A stretch of DNA of 64,000 bases. Origin: Pseudomonadota bacterium (GTDB lineage: Bacteria > Pseudomonadota > Gammaproteobacteria > Pseudomonadales > Alcanivoracaceae). The position numbers and the translations under genes were made by a program. Positions within the stretch are counted from its first letter, which is position 1; every line of letters starts with the position of its first letter. Positions 27,798 through 37,445 of the stretch are shown piece by piece. A model generated the notes under the pieces. The model was not told the origin of the DNA and ran no database searches. It worked only from the letters and a program-made list of their open reading frames with translations. The stretch covers positions 340 through 64,339 of the forward strand of contig JAZAJX010000054.1 in assembly GCA_036230225.1 (NCBI GenBank), in the 5' to 3' direction.

Positions 27798-28043
27798 TCA
27801 GTTTTCCGGTTGGAGAACATTGTTGTAGGCATCCGGGTTGGTCTTGTCACGAAAGATGAAGCGCGTGTCGTTGATTGCCACCGGGTCACGGGTGTCTGCC
27901 GTGGTCGCCAGCTGGGCTTTGACGAAAGCGGTGTAGTTGACCGCCGCCGGGGCCTGCTGACGGGGGCGATCACTGTCGCCCCCAAAGCACCCGCTGAGTA
28001 GCAGCACGCCCGCGCTCACGGTAATCGTCAGTCGGTATCGCAT
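27798..28043 (-). CDS. Small lipoprotein
   Basis: Lipobox LSGC; AGGAGG RBS; 81 aa. Confidence 0.8.
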   Translation of the reverse strand: MRYRLTITVSAGVLLLSGCFGGDSDRPRQQAPAAVNYTAFVKAQLATTADTRDPVAINDTRFIFRDKTNPDAYNNVLQPEN

Positions 28044-28054
28044 GGTGTCCTCCT

Positions 28055-29575
28055 TTACTCGACCGTGGCGACGTTATCGGCGCCGGGTAACGGGGTGTTC
28101 AGGTAGGGGAAGCGAGTCAGGTAGCTGGCGGGGTCGGGCAGGGCCCCATCGTTCACGATGGCTCCGCCGTTGACCTGGCTGTCCTGAGCGCCACAGGAGC
28201 CGATTTCGCCACCGGCAGCTTCCCCGTTGACGTCGGCACCACACAGGAAGCCTTCCGCAGCGGTCAACGCAATATCCACCACGTCATCAATGGGGCGGCG
28301 TCCGTTGGGGAAGCCGGCGAAGTCGCCCCCGGCCACGCCCAGGTCGTTCTGTCCGCCAGCCGCGGTGGCCGGGATGCCGGTGTTGAGGCGCAGCATTTCA
28401 CTGGGGGTCACGGTGGGTAGCTGGGTGACGCCGGGTACGCCGGTCAGAAAGACGGTGACCAGATCATTACGTGGGGTATCCGGGGCGGGAACACCGAACA
28501 GGATTTCCACCAGAGCCGGCAGGCTGGGGTTGGTCACGTAGGTGGCGAATTGGCCGTCGTCCTTGGGTTCACTGGTATTGAAACGGTCCTTATCGGGCAG
28601 CCCGATGACGACTTCATTGACTAGCGGAGAGCCAAGCCGGGAGACCTGGGTGAAAGCACCGCCTTTGACCGCAGGGCCTTTGGCGTTACTGCTGCTGGTA
28701 GTTTCCGAGCCCTGGGGACCCGGGTTGATCACTGTGGCCTGGCGGATGCTGGCGGTGGTCCAGCCGCCGATCACGGTGTTGTCGCCAGTGAGACAATCGG
28801 CGGGGACTTCCAGTGCCAGGCTGGTGATGTTCTTGTCACCGATGACGTTGCTGCGTGAATCACGGGCGCCAAGAGGATCCAGCGCAACCAGGTCAAAGAC
28901 TTCCCCCAGGTTGACCACGAAACCTTCCTGGCGCTGTCCGGCAAACACACGCCCCGGCATGGGGCAGTCTGGAATGGTGACGTCATAGATAAAATTGTCT
29001 GCGTAAGCAGCATAGTCACCGATGGATTTTGTGCCGATATTGTCCAGGGGTTTGGCGAAGCTGCTGTCGCCACTGTTGGCGTTGGTGATGGATTGCACGC
29101 TGCCGGTGCGACGGTCGCCGGAGATTACCTCAACCGTGTAGCTTTCCAGAACATTCTGGGCGTCGTTGTTCTGGCCGGTAACGGCACCAATGTTGATCAG
29201 GGGAACCGGCACCGATACGCCATCCACATCCACGGGGAGGTTGCGTCGTTCGGTATTGAACTGAAAACGAAAGGTCAGGTTTTCTTGGGCGTCACCATCA
29301 TTGTCGATATGGATTTCATAAATGGCATCGTCGTCCAGTGAAAAATAATTGGGGCCGCCGTAGGCATCCTGTAGTGGAAGGTAATTGGCAATCAACGTGA
29401 CGTAACCATCACGGCCGGATTCATAGCTGTTGAACATGTAGAAATCGGTACCGTCCACTTTGGGCATGCCGGTGATGAACGGCGCTTCCCGGTGGCTTGA
29501 TGCCAGCGTGCCGGCACTGGCCAGCAACGTGGCGGCGGCACACGCTGCCGGTATGAATGCGTAGCGGGGTCGCAT
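28055..29575 (-). CDS. DUF4331 domain secreted protein
   Basis: ASSHREAP, QVSRLGSPLVNEVVI and GFPNGRR..DDVVD motifs. Confidence 0.92.
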   Translation of the reverse strand: MRPRYAFIPAACAAATLLASAGTLASSHREAPFITGMPKVDGTDFYMFNSYESGRDGYVTLIANYLPLQDAYGGPNYFSLDDDAIYEIHIDNDGDAQENLTFRFQFNTERRNLPVDVDGVSVPVPLINIGAVTGQNNDAQNVLESYTVEVISGDRRTGSVQSITNANSGDSSFAKPLDNIGTKSIGDYAAYADNFIYDVTIPDCPMPGRVFAGQRQEGFVVNLGEVFDLVALDPLGARDSRSNVIGDKNITSLALEVPADCLTGDNTVIGGWTTASIRQATVINPGPQGSETTSSSNAKGPAVKGGAFTQVSRLGSPLVNEVVIGLPDKDRFNTSEPKDDGQFATYVTNPSLPALVEILFGVPAPDTPRNDLVTVFLTGVPGVTQLPTVTPSEMLRLNTGIPATAAGGQNDLGVAGGDFAGFPNGRRPIDDVVDIALTAAEGFLCGADVNGEAAGGEIGSCGAQDSQVNGGAIVNDGALPDPASYLTRFPYLNTPLPGADNVATVE

Positions 29576-29608
29576 GATGTCTCTCCTTTCTTGTCGATGT
29601 ACTGGGTG

Positions 29609-29682
29609 TACGCAGCGGAGTCGCAAATAGATGCAGAATTTATTTTGTTTTTTTCTGCATCCATGGGAGAGGTTTTCACGTA
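29609..29682. promoter_or_regulatory. Back-to-back ECF promoters TGCATCY-N16-CGTA on both strands
   Basis: Minus strand 29635-29609 and plus strand 29656-29682, with identical 16-bp spacing. Confidence 0.75.
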
Positions 29683-29742
29683 TTAACGACAAGGCATCTG
29701 TCACTTATGGGCCATGTGAATATTTTGTTTACGGAGTGTCCC

Positions 29743-30291
29743 ATGATGGCGGAAGCCGACGACAGACTGGTGCGTGCGCTGGCGAAAACCGCCCAGGGGG
29801 ACCGTCAGGCTTTTGCCAGTCTTTACCAGCAATCGAGTCAGGCGATATTCGGTATGTGCCTGCATTTGCTCCGGGACAAGGATGAGGCCAGCGACGTGTT
29901 ACAGGAAACCTATATTCAGGTTTGGCACCATGCCGGCGAGTACCATGCCGATCGGGGCTCGGTGATGACCTGGATGATGTCCATCGGACGCTATCGTTGC
30001 CTGGATGCGCTGCGCCGCCGTCGTTGTGATGTGCAAGTCGATACCGTCATCCACGAGCCGCCCAGCGAAGATTCCGGGCCCATGGAGAATGCCCATGACC
30101 AGGTGGATCGCCAGCGTCTCAGCGATTGCCTGAAAGGGCTGGACGAACGATATCGTTCCAGTATCGAGATGGCCTACTTTCGTGGCTTTACCCACCAGGA
30201 GCTGGCGGTGGCCATGGGTCAGCCTCTGGGCACCACAAAGAGCTGGATACGCCGTGGCCTTGATGTTCTGCGCCGGTGTCTTGGCTCATGA
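29743..30291 (+). CDS. ECF sigma-70 factor (SigK-like)
   Basis: GDRQAFASLY, DVLQE...VW and PLGTTKSWIRRGL motifs. Confidence 0.92.
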   Translation: MMAEADDRLVRALAKTAQGDRQAFASLYQQSSQAIFGMCLHLLRDKDEASDVLQETYIQVWHHAGEYHADRGSVMTWMMSIGRYRCLDALRRRRCDVQVDTVIHEPPSEDSGPMENAHDQVDRQRLSDCLKGLDERYRSSIEMAYFRGFTHQELAVAMGQPLGTTKSWIRRGLDVLRRCLGS

Positions 30292-30983
30292 AACCGGATG
30301 ATTACGAACGCAACCACGCACTTGCCGCAGAATATGTGGTGGGGACCCTGCAAGGCATGGCCCGCCAGCGATTCGAACGCTGGATGATGCATTCTGCCAG
30401 GCTGCGCCGGCAGGTGTGGTACTGGGAGCGGCGACTGCAACCTTTTAATGAGAGTCTTCCCGAGGCGTCACCGCCCAGAGGGGCTTGGCAGGCCATTGAG
30501 CAGCGTCTGTTTGCCGATTCGACAACCAGAGTGTCAGCCGCGGGTTGGTGGCAGAGTCTGGCTGCCTGGCGCTGGTCCACAGGCATTGCCATGTTGGCTG
30601 TGTTTGCCCTGTTGATATGGACGCCCTCTCCGACGGTGGTGACCCGTTATGTGGGGGTGGTGCAGAGTCCGCAGGCAGAGCCGCTGTGGGTGGTGAATGC
30701 GTCGGCGGATCATCGACTTATGGTGAAGTCCCTCCCCCAGGTGCAGCCTGCGGCGGCGGGCAGGGATTATGAGCTGTGGTTGTTGCCTGAGTCAGGCGCG
30801 CCGGTCTCCCTGACGGTGCTGCCCACCGGCGATACCCAGTTGCAGATTCAGCTTACCGACCAACAGGTCCGTGAATTGCTGCAGTCGCGCTCCCTGGCAA
30901 TCAGCCTGGAGCCGGCGGGAGGCTCCCCCACTGGTCAGCCTACCGGGCCGGTGGTCTATCAGACCCGCCTGATTCAGATGTAG
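30288..30983 (+). CDS. RskA-type anti-sigma factor
   Basis: LAAEYVVGTL, single TM, DYELWL and LAISLEPAGGSPTGQPTGPV motifs. Confidence 0.92.
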   Translation: MKPDDYERNHALAAEYVVGTLQGMARQRFERWMMHSARLRRQVWYWERRLQPFNESLPEASPPRGAWQAIEQRLFADSTTRVSAAGWWQSLAAWRWSTGIAMLAVFALLIWTPSPTVVTRYVGVVQSPQAEPLWVVNASADHRLMVKSLPQVQPAAAGRDYELWLLPESGAPVSLTVLPTGDTQLQIQLTDQQVRELLQSRSLAISLEPAGGSPTGQPTGPVVYQTRLIQM

Positions 30984-30995
30984 CTGGCTAGAGGG

Positions 30996-32912
30996 TTATT
31001 CGGAGAGTTCGCTTTCAGCTTCCTCTAGCGCCTCCATGGCCTCCAGGAGCTGTTCTTCCATGTCATCGTGCTGCTTTTTCAGGCGAGCCTGATCGCCAAG
31101 CAGGCCGTTCATTTCGTTCTTGCGGCTGTCGTCGGTATAAAGGGATTCCTCTCCCAGTGCCGTTTCGATATCCGCGAGCTGGCGGTCACAGTCACTGAGT
31201 TGTCTTTCCAGCTTTTCCACCTGCTTTTTCAGCGGCCGCAACTGCTCCCGTTTCTGGGCTGCCAGCTGACGTCGCGCCTTGGCATCCAGACCGTCATCGG
31301 CTTTCTCCTCTCGCACCGGTTTGCCGTCCTTGCGGTTCTGTTGCAGCCAGCGGGCATAGTCATCCAGGTCCCCGTCAAAGCGATTAACAGCCCCGTTGGC
31401 GACCAGCCAGAATTCATCCACGGTGGTCTCCAGCAGATGACGATCGTGGGATACCATGACAACGGCACCCTCGAAGGCCTGGAGAGCCAGGGTGAGGGCC
31501 TCACGCATATCCAGGTCCAGGTGGTTGGCGGGTTCGTCCAGTACCAGTAAAGCGGGTTTTTCCTGCACGATCATGGCTAGCGCCAGACGGGATTTTTCGC
31601 CACCGGAAAAGCGGCCCACCGGGGCAAAGACATCGTCACCGTGAAAACCGAACCGGCCCAGTTCACTGCGCAAGGCGGATTCGCTCCATTTGGGTTGGAA
31701 GCGCGACAGCATCTGGTAGGGGGTATCGCTATGGTCCAGGCGGTCCACCTGTTGCTGGTGGAAGTAGCCCACGGCCAGGTCGTTGTCCTTGTCGAGGCGA
31801 CCCGCCAGCGGCGCCAGTTCGCCGACCAGGGTGCGAATCAGGGTGGATTTACCGGCACCGTTGGGGCCCAGTAGCCCCAGACGGGATTCCGGCCGCAGGC
31901 TCAGACTGACATTGTCGAGAATGGCCACGTCCCCCTGTGCGCTGCGGTAACCACAGCGCACCGCATCCAGACTTTCCATGGGGTTGGGCAGTTTGTCGGG
32001 CTTGTGGAAATCGAAACTGAACCCGGAATCCACATGGGCCGGGCCGATCAACTCCAGCCTCTCCAGTGCCTTGATCCGGCTTTGGGCCTGCTTGGCTTTG
32101 GACGCTTTGGCCTTGAAGCGGGCGATGAACTTCTGCATGTGGGCCACCTGGGCCTGCTGCTTTTCATGCATCTTTTGTTGCAGGGACAGCTGCTCGGCGC
32201 GCTGGCGTTCAAAGTCGGAGTAGCCGCCGCTGTAATGCTTCAGTTGTTTACGCTCGATATGCAGGATCTGGTTGACGGTGGCATCCAGGAAGGCGCGGTC
32301 ATGGGAAATCACCAGCAGCGCCCCGGGTTGTTGCACCAGGTAGCTTTGCAGCCAGAGGATGGCATCCAGATCCAGGTGGTTGGTGGGCTCATCGAGGAGT
32401 AGCAGGTCCGCCTCGCTCATCAGCACCTGGGCCAGGTTCAGTCGCATGCGCCAGCCGCCGGAGAAGCTGGCCACCGGCTGCTGTTGCTGCGCTTCACTGA
32501 AACCCAGGCCGGCCAGCAGGGTGGCGGCCCGGGCCGGTTGTTGCCAGGCGTGCAGGGCTTCCAGTTCGCCATGGGCATGGGCGATGGCATGGTTGTCGCC
32601 GGCACTTTCTGCCTCGGCCAGTTTCTTCTCCGCCCGGCGCAATGGGTGATGACCGTCCAGAACGTAGTCGATGGCGGGCTGTTCCAGGGCCGGCACTTCC
32701 TGGGCCATCATGGCCAGGCGCCAGTCTGCCGGCAGATTCAGGTTGCCACCATCGCTCTCCAACTCGCCCATGATAAGCTTGAACAGCGAGCTCTTGCCGG
32801 TGCCGTTGCGGCCCACCAGGCCCACTCGCCAGCCCTTGTGCAGGACCACGCTGGCGTCTTCCAGCAACAGGTCGGGGCCGCGGCGAAGGTTGATGTGTTC
32901 CAGAGAGAGCAT
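30996..32912 (-). CDS. yheS: ABC-F family ATPase (YheS-like)
   Basis: Two ABC cassettes, FSGGWRMRL, DEPTNHLD; no TM segments. Confidence 0.85.
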   Translation of the reverse strand: MLSLEHINLRRGPDLLLEDASVVLHKGWRVGLVGRNGTGKSSLFKLIMGELESDGGNLNLPADWRLAMMAQEVPALEQPAIDYVLDGHHPLRRAEKKLAEAESAGDNHAIAHAHGELEALHAWQQPARAATLLAGLGFSEAQQQQPVASFSGGWRMRLNLAQVLMSEADLLLLDEPTNHLDLDAILWLQSYLVQQPGALLVISHDRAFLDATVNQILHIERKQLKHYSGGYSDFERQRAEQLSLQQKMHEKQQAQVAHMQKFIARFKAKASKAKQAQSRIKALERLELIGPAHVDSGFSFDFHKPDKLPNPMESLDAVRCGYRSAQGDVAILDNVSLSLRPESRLGLLGPNGAGKSTLIRTLVGELAPLAGRLDKDNDLAVGYFHQQQVDRLDHSDTPYQMLSRFQPKWSESALRSELGRFGFHGDDVFAPVGRFSGGEKSRLALAMIVQEKPALLVLDEPANHLDLDMREALTLALQAFEGAVVMVSHDRHLLETTVDEFWLVANGAVNRFDGDLDDYARWLQQNRKDGKPVREEKADDGLDAKARRQLAAQKREQLRPLKKQVEKLERQLSDCDRQLADIETALGEESLYTDDSRKNEMNGLLGDQARLKKQHDDMEEQLLEAMEALEEAESELSE

Positions 32913-32974
32913 GGATAGACCCGGGATAGATGAGAACCGGCGCAGTGTAAGCCAGCAAACGTGACGGGGGAACC

Positions 32975-33451
32975 GTGGACGACTCCATAAAACAGGATCT
33001 GTGGCGCTATGCGCTGGGGCGATGGCAGGACAAGGATTTTGAACGTGCCTGCCTGCACCTGCAGGACGATTTTCAGGTGCCGGTGGCCCTGCTGCTGGCC
33101 GGCCTGTGGCTGGCCGCATCGGACAAGCAACCGGATGCGGCGGTGGGGCGCCGTATGGCCGAGCTGGCCGAGCAATTCGAAGCCGACTACCTGCGCCCGC
33201 TGCGGGTGATTCGCCGCAAGGCTGGCGACGATGCGCGGGTGCCAGAATTCAAACGGCAGCTGCAGCAGGTGGAGTTGGAGGGGGAGCGCTGGCTGCTCAC
33301 CACCTTGCCCGGCCTCTGCGACAACCTGTTGCCCGCGGGCGAGCAGGTCGACCCGATGGGCTGGATGCTGGTGCTGATACCCGAGCTGGCCCAGTGTGAG
33401 GGGTTGCAGAGCGCTCTCAACGAGCTCGTTGAGCGGCAAGTTTCAAGTTGA
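32975..33451 (+). CDS. TIGR02444/DUF2390 family protein
   Basis: LW.YAL...ACL.LQD and PLR..RR motifs; typical position next to yheS. Confidence 0.8.
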   Translation: MDDSIKQDLWRYALGRWQDKDFERACLHLQDDFQVPVALLLAGLWLAASDKQPDAAVGRRMAELAEQFEADYLRPLRVIRRKAGDDARVPEFKRQLQQVELEGERWLLTTLPGLCDNLLPAGEQVDPMGWMLVLIPELAQCEGLQSALNELVERQVSS

Positions 33452-33629
33452 AAGTTGCAACGCGCGGATGGGGTCGGGTGCCACCCGAGTCAGGCTCCTG
33501 CCGCGCCGCAATACCGGTAAAGACTTGATGCTGTCAGCATTGTGGGGTAGCCGTGCGGAGAGAGCGTTAAAGATTTGGTACAACCCTCTGGCGCGCGTTT
33601 CAACTTGAAACTTGCAACTTGAAACTCTC
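33431..33629. repeat. Heptad-arm inverted element
   Basis: Arms 33431-33466 and 33592-33629; the left arm contains the upstream gene's TGA. Confidence 0.85.
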
Positions 33630-33670
33630 CCCTGCCATCCTTTTCGTCCCATGTTCATCCGGATTTCTCC

Positions 33671-34945
33671 ATGACCACCGACCTGGCCTTTGACCGCGAT
33701 CATCTCTGGCATCCCTATACGTCCACCTCGAAACCGCTGCCCACTTTTCCCGTGGCCAGTGCCAAAGGAGTGCGGCTGACGCTGGAAGACGGGCGCGAGC
33801 TGGTGGATGGCATGTCGTCCTGGTGGGCCGCGGTACATGGCTATAACCATCCGGTGCTGAACCAGGCCGCCAAGGACCAGATCGACCGCATGGCCCATGT
33901 GATGTTCGGTGGGCTGACCCATGAACCGGCGGTGGAATTGGGCAAGAAACTGGTGGCATTGACGCCGGAGCCGCTGGAGAAGGTGTTTCTGGCTGACAGC
34001 GGCTCAGTCTCCGTGGAGGTGGCCATTAAGATGGCCTTGCAGTACTGGCTCAGCCAGGGGCACGCCGGCAAGGATAAATTGCTGGCCCTGCGCAATGGGT
34101 ATCACGGCGATACCTTCGGGGCCATGGCCGCCTGCGACCCGGTCAACGGGATGCACTCCCTGTTCAGCGGGGTGCTACCCAAGCACTTCTTCGCCGAGGC
34201 GCCGCAGTGTCCCTACGACAGTGACTTTGATACCGATGATCTCAATTCCATCCAGCAGATGCTGGCGGAGCATCATCAGGAGATCGCCGCCGTGATTCTG
34301 GAGCCGGTGGTGCAGGGCGCGGGTGGCATGCGCATCTACCACCCCGCCTACCTGAAGGCGGTGCGGGCGCTCTGTGACGAGTATGGCGTGTTGCTGATCT
34401 TTGACGAGATTGCTACCGGCTTTGGCCGCACCGGCAAGCTGTTTGCTCTGGAGCATGCGCAGGTGTGCCCGGATATCCTCTGCCTGGGCAAGGCGATAAC
34501 CGGTGGCTACATGACCCTGGCGGCGACCCTGTGTACCGGTCAGGTGGCGGCAGGTATTTGCGAGGGGGAGGCCGGTGTGCTGATGCATGGTCCCACCTTT
34601 ATGGGTAATCCGCTGGCTTGCGCGGTGGCCAATGCCAGTATCCAGCTGTTGCTGGACTCGGATTGGGCAGGGCGGGTTACCGCCATCGAGAAACAGCTGA
34701 AAGACGAGCTGTTACCGCTCAGGCATCTCGACAGCGTGGCTGATACCCGCGTACTGGGAGCCATCGGGGTCATGGAAATGAAAGCGCCGGTGGCTATGGA
34801 AGAGGTGCAGGCGCGGTTTGTGGAACAGGGCGTATGGATTCGCCCGTTCGGCAAGCTGGTCTACATCATGCCGCCGTTCGTGATCGAACCGGCGGATCTG
34901 AGCAAGCTCACCGGGGCGATGCGGGATCTGGCAGTGAGGAGCTGA
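33671..34945 (+). CDS. bioA: Adenosylmethionine-8-amino-7-oxononanoate transaminase
   Basis: [28 protein letters not shown] and [12 protein letters not shown] motifs. Confidence 0.96.
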   Translation: MTTDLAFDRDHLWHPYTSTSKPLPTFPVASAKGVRLTLEDGRELVDGMSSWWAAVHGYNHPVLNQAAKDQIDRMAHVMFGGLTHEPAVELGKKLVALTPEPLEKVFLADSGSVSVEVAIKMALQYWLSQGHAGKDKLLALRNGYHGDTFGAMAACDPVNGMHSLFSGVLPKHFFAEAPQCPYDSDFDTDDLNSIQQMLAEHHQEIAAVILEPVVQGAGGMRIYHPAYLKAVRALCDEYGVLLIFDEIATGFGRTGKLFALEHAQVCPDILCLGKAITGGYMTLAATLCTGQVAAGICEGEAGVLMHGPTFMGNPLACAVANASIQLLLDSDWAGRVTAIEKQLKDELLPLRHLDSVADTRVLGAIGVMEMKAPVAMEEVQARFVEQGVWIRPFGKLVYIMPPFVIEPADLSKLTGAMRDLAVRS

Positions 34946-35170
34946 GTTGCAAGTTGAAAGTTTCAAGTTGCAAGGCGCGATAAAGGCCCGTGCCAAACCT
35001 TGAACGCTGATGCCGCGACGCCGCTCATAAAACCCGGCTGGCTATCTCGCCAGGGCATTCGAGCATATGTCTTTTTTCTTTATCCATGCGGCGCGGCTCA
35101 GGCCTGCATCAGTTGGCACCATAGCCTGCCCGCGCCTTGCAACTTGAAACTTTCAACTTGCAACTCAACT
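34940..35170. repeat. Heptad-arm inverted element (best-preserved copy)
   Basis: 40-bp arms 34940-34979 and 35131-35170 match at 39/40. Confidence 0.92.
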
Positions 35171-35906
35171 ACCGAAACCCCGGCATGGTCTGTATCAGGT
35201 GGCGTTGGACTTCCAGCCATTCGCCGATACGCCGCCAATGCTGTTGGTCGTCCAGATGGCGAGAGACAGCGGCGTCGAGGACGCCTTCGCCATTGCTCAT
35301 TGCCTGCACGTAAAGCTGGGTGTCACGCAGGGTCACCAGATAGGGAATCTTCAGACTGGCAAGAAACTGGCGCAGGGATTCGTACATGCGCGTACGGGTG
35401 CGTGAGCGGTTGGCAATGACCGCCAGCCGCCGTGGCCGGCGCCGGTAACTGGGCGTCAGCATCAGAGTCTGCATGAAACGGGTGGTGGCGCGGATATCGA
35501 TGGGACTGGGAAGCACCGGTACCAACACCACCTGAGACAGGCGTAACAGGTGGTCCAGGTGATGGGGATCCAGACCGGCCGGAGAATCAATGATAGTAAT
35601 GGGACCCGCCTGGTCCAGTCTCTGTTGCAGCCGTCCCAGCGAGACCGGCTCGCCGGCCGGCCATCCCAGGCCATGGATGGTGGTGTTCTGGCGCAGTTTC
35701 AGCCATTGCAGCGCGGATTGCTGCGGATCCATGTCGAGCAGGGTGACCGGTTTGCCGAGGGCTTCATAATAACAGGCCAGATTGGTGGCAATGGTGGTCT
35801 TGCCGCAGCCACCTTTGCTGTTGGCAATCAGAATGACCAGTCGGGTCGGGCCGGACGAGCGCAGTGTGGATACCCCCATGGCAGAGCGATTTTGTAGGCT
35901 GTTCAT
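35169..35906 (-). CDS. ParA/CobQ-like ATPase (orphan)
   Basis: NSKGGCGKTT, DMDPQQS and IDSPAG motifs. Start uncertain. Confidence 0.85.
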   Translation of the reverse strand: MNSLQNRSAMGVSTLRSSGPTRLVILIANSKGGCGKTTIATNLACYYEALGKPVTLLDMDPQQSALQWLKLRQNTTIHGLGWPAGEPVSLGRLQQRLDQAGPITIIDSPAGLDPHHLDHLLRLSQVVLVPVLPSPIDIRATTRFMQTLMLTPSYRRRPRRLAVIANRSRTRTRMYESLRQFLASLKIPYLVTLRDTQLYVQAMSNGEGVLDAAVSRHLDDQQHWRRIGEWLEVQRHLIQTMPGFR

Positions 35907-36107
35907 GCCGTTTTCTTGTTGGTTTTCTTGTCGATGGTACCCGGCGGTTCGGGCGGCGCGATCACAATCAGAAAAAAGGGTGACGCTGCGCACAAAACCA
36001 ACACTACCGCAAAATTAACCGCATTGATGTAAATTGTGATGTTATTTTGCGTACGCGGGGAACTGAATCCCGTGAAGGGGCCTCAGTACAGGGGGAGATT
36101 GAACATC

Positions 36108-36449
36108 ATGCGTTTTATGTTGATTATCATCGCGCTGCTGGCGATGGTACTGGCGGCTATGTTCATGGTGCCGCTCGGCGGCGGCAAGCCGCTGCTGGAC
36201 TGGCAGTATGTGGAACGTCACTGGCAGCAACCCGAACGGCTGCTGGATCGGCGAATCTCACCCTGGTTTGAGGAAAACGGGGAAAGCGTCGAGATGTATC
36301 GCTGGCGTGACCCCCAGGGAAACTGGCAGTATGGCCAGATTCCGCCGCCTGGTGTGCAGGCGGAGCCTTTTACCGTAAAAGCGCCGGAGACCATCACCGC
36401 GGAAGAAATGCGGGGTGGAAAGGGGCTCGAACAGCAACAACAACAGTAG
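36108..36449 (+). CDS. DUF4124 domain protein
   Basis: N-terminal TM and YRWRDPQGNWQYGQIPP motif. Confidence 0.8.
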   Translation: MRFMLIIIALLAMVLAAMFMVPLGGGKPLLDWQYVERHWQQPERLLDRRISPWFEENGESVEMYRWRDPQGNWQYGQIPPPGVQAEPFTVKAPETITAEEMRGGKGLEQQQQQ

Positions 36450-36465
36450 GCCAATTGGAGGCAGA

Positions 36466-37185
36466 ATGAAGAAATTGGGAATCGTGCTGGCAGGAACCGT
36501 CCTGCTGGCGGCATGTGGTCAGGAAGCGGAACTGAAAACGGACGACCAGAAGGCGTCCTACGCACTGGGTTTCCGTAGCGCCGAGCAGATGCGCAGTCTG
36601 GAAAACCTGGATCTGGATGCCATGGTGGCAGGTCTGCGTGACGGCTTTGCGGAAGATGGCCAGTCCCAGTTGGGTGACGAAGACCTGGACCAGCTGATCC
36701 GTGATTTCCAGGGCCGCATGATTGCCGCCCAGCAGAAGAAGATGGAAGAAGCGGCAGGCAAGAACCTGGAAGCCAGTGAGGCTTTCCTGGCCGAGAACGC
36801 CGAGCGTGATGGCGTCACCGTGACCGACAGCGGTCTGCAGTACGAAGTCCTGGCCTCTGGTGAAGACGGCGGCGTGTCTCCGACCCTGGAAGACACTGTG
36901 GAAGTGCACTACCACGGTACCCTGCCGGACGGCACCGTGTTTGACAGTTCCGTGGACCGGGGTCAGCCGGCCAGCTTTGGTCTGAAGCACATCATCCCGG
37001 CCTGGCAGGAAGCGCTGCCGATGATGAAAGAAGGCGACAAGTGGAAGGTCTTCGTTCCGCCGTCTCTCGGTTATGGTGAGCAGGGCGCCGGTGGCGACAT
37101 TGGTCCCAACCAGGCGCTGATCTTCGAGATCGAGTTGCTGGATGTGAAAGGTAGCGGTAATGAAGCGGGTGCCGACGAGGAGTAA
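36466..37185 (+). CDS. FKBP-type peptidyl-prolyl isomerase (FkpA/Mip-like lipoprotein)
   Basis: SYALG, SGLQYEVL, HYHGTL.DGTVFDSS and LIFEIELL motifs. Confidence 0.95.
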   Translation: MKKLGIVLAGTVLLAACGQEAELKTDDQKASYALGFRSAEQMRSLENLDLDAMVAGLRDGFAEDGQSQLGDEDLDQLIRDFQGRMIAAQQKKMEEAAGKNLEASEAFLAENAERDGVTVTDSGLQYEVLASGEDGGVSPTLEDTVEVHYHGTLPDGTVFDSSVDRGQPASFGLKHIIPAWQEALPMMKEGDKWKVFVPPSLGYGEQGAGGDIGPNQALIFEIELLDVKGSGNEAGADEE

Positions 37186-37207
37186 ATCCTGTCGCCTCGC
37201 GTTTCAA

Positions 37208-37236
37208 GAAAAAGGGCGCCTTCGGGCGCCCTTTTT
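37208..37236. terminator. Intrinsic terminator
   Basis: AAAAAGGGCGCC-TTCG-GGCGCCCTTTTT. Confidence 0.9.
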
Positions 37237-37244
37237 GTTTTTGG

Positions 37245-37348
37245 GCTACGAGCTACGAGCTACGAGCTACGAGCTACGAGCTACGAGCTACGAGCTACGA
37301 GCTACGAGCTACGAGCTACGAGCTACGAGCTACGAGCTACGAGCTACG
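37245..37348. repeat. Perfect 7-bp tandem repeat (GCTACGA)14 + GCTACG
   Basis: Counted directly; 104 bp. Confidence 0.97.
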
Positions 37349-37445
37349 CTCATTGGTATAGGGAGATCCGAAAAGTTCCCCGTTCTATCGCTTCGTCTTT
37401 TCCGTGTTTGACTCGCAGCTAGGCGCTCGTGGCTAGCCGCTATTT

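Noticed and set aside
27746-27985. N-terminal extension of the TPR ORF
   Set aside because: Overlaps the small lipoprotein gene in another frame; the signal peptide begins further downstream.
35169-35906. ParA as evidence of a plasmid or integrated element
   Set aside because: No parB, rep, integrase or att sites; orphan ParA-like genes are common in chromosomes.
36431-36446. CAA/CAG repeat encoding poly-Gln
   Set aside because: Only six codons at a C-terminus; too short to imply phase variation.
37245-37348. CRISPR array, or a protein with YELRATS repeats (ORF 37160-37411)
   Set aside because: Uninterrupted 7-bp units with no spacers and no cas genes. The ORF crosses a terminator and merely translates the repeat.
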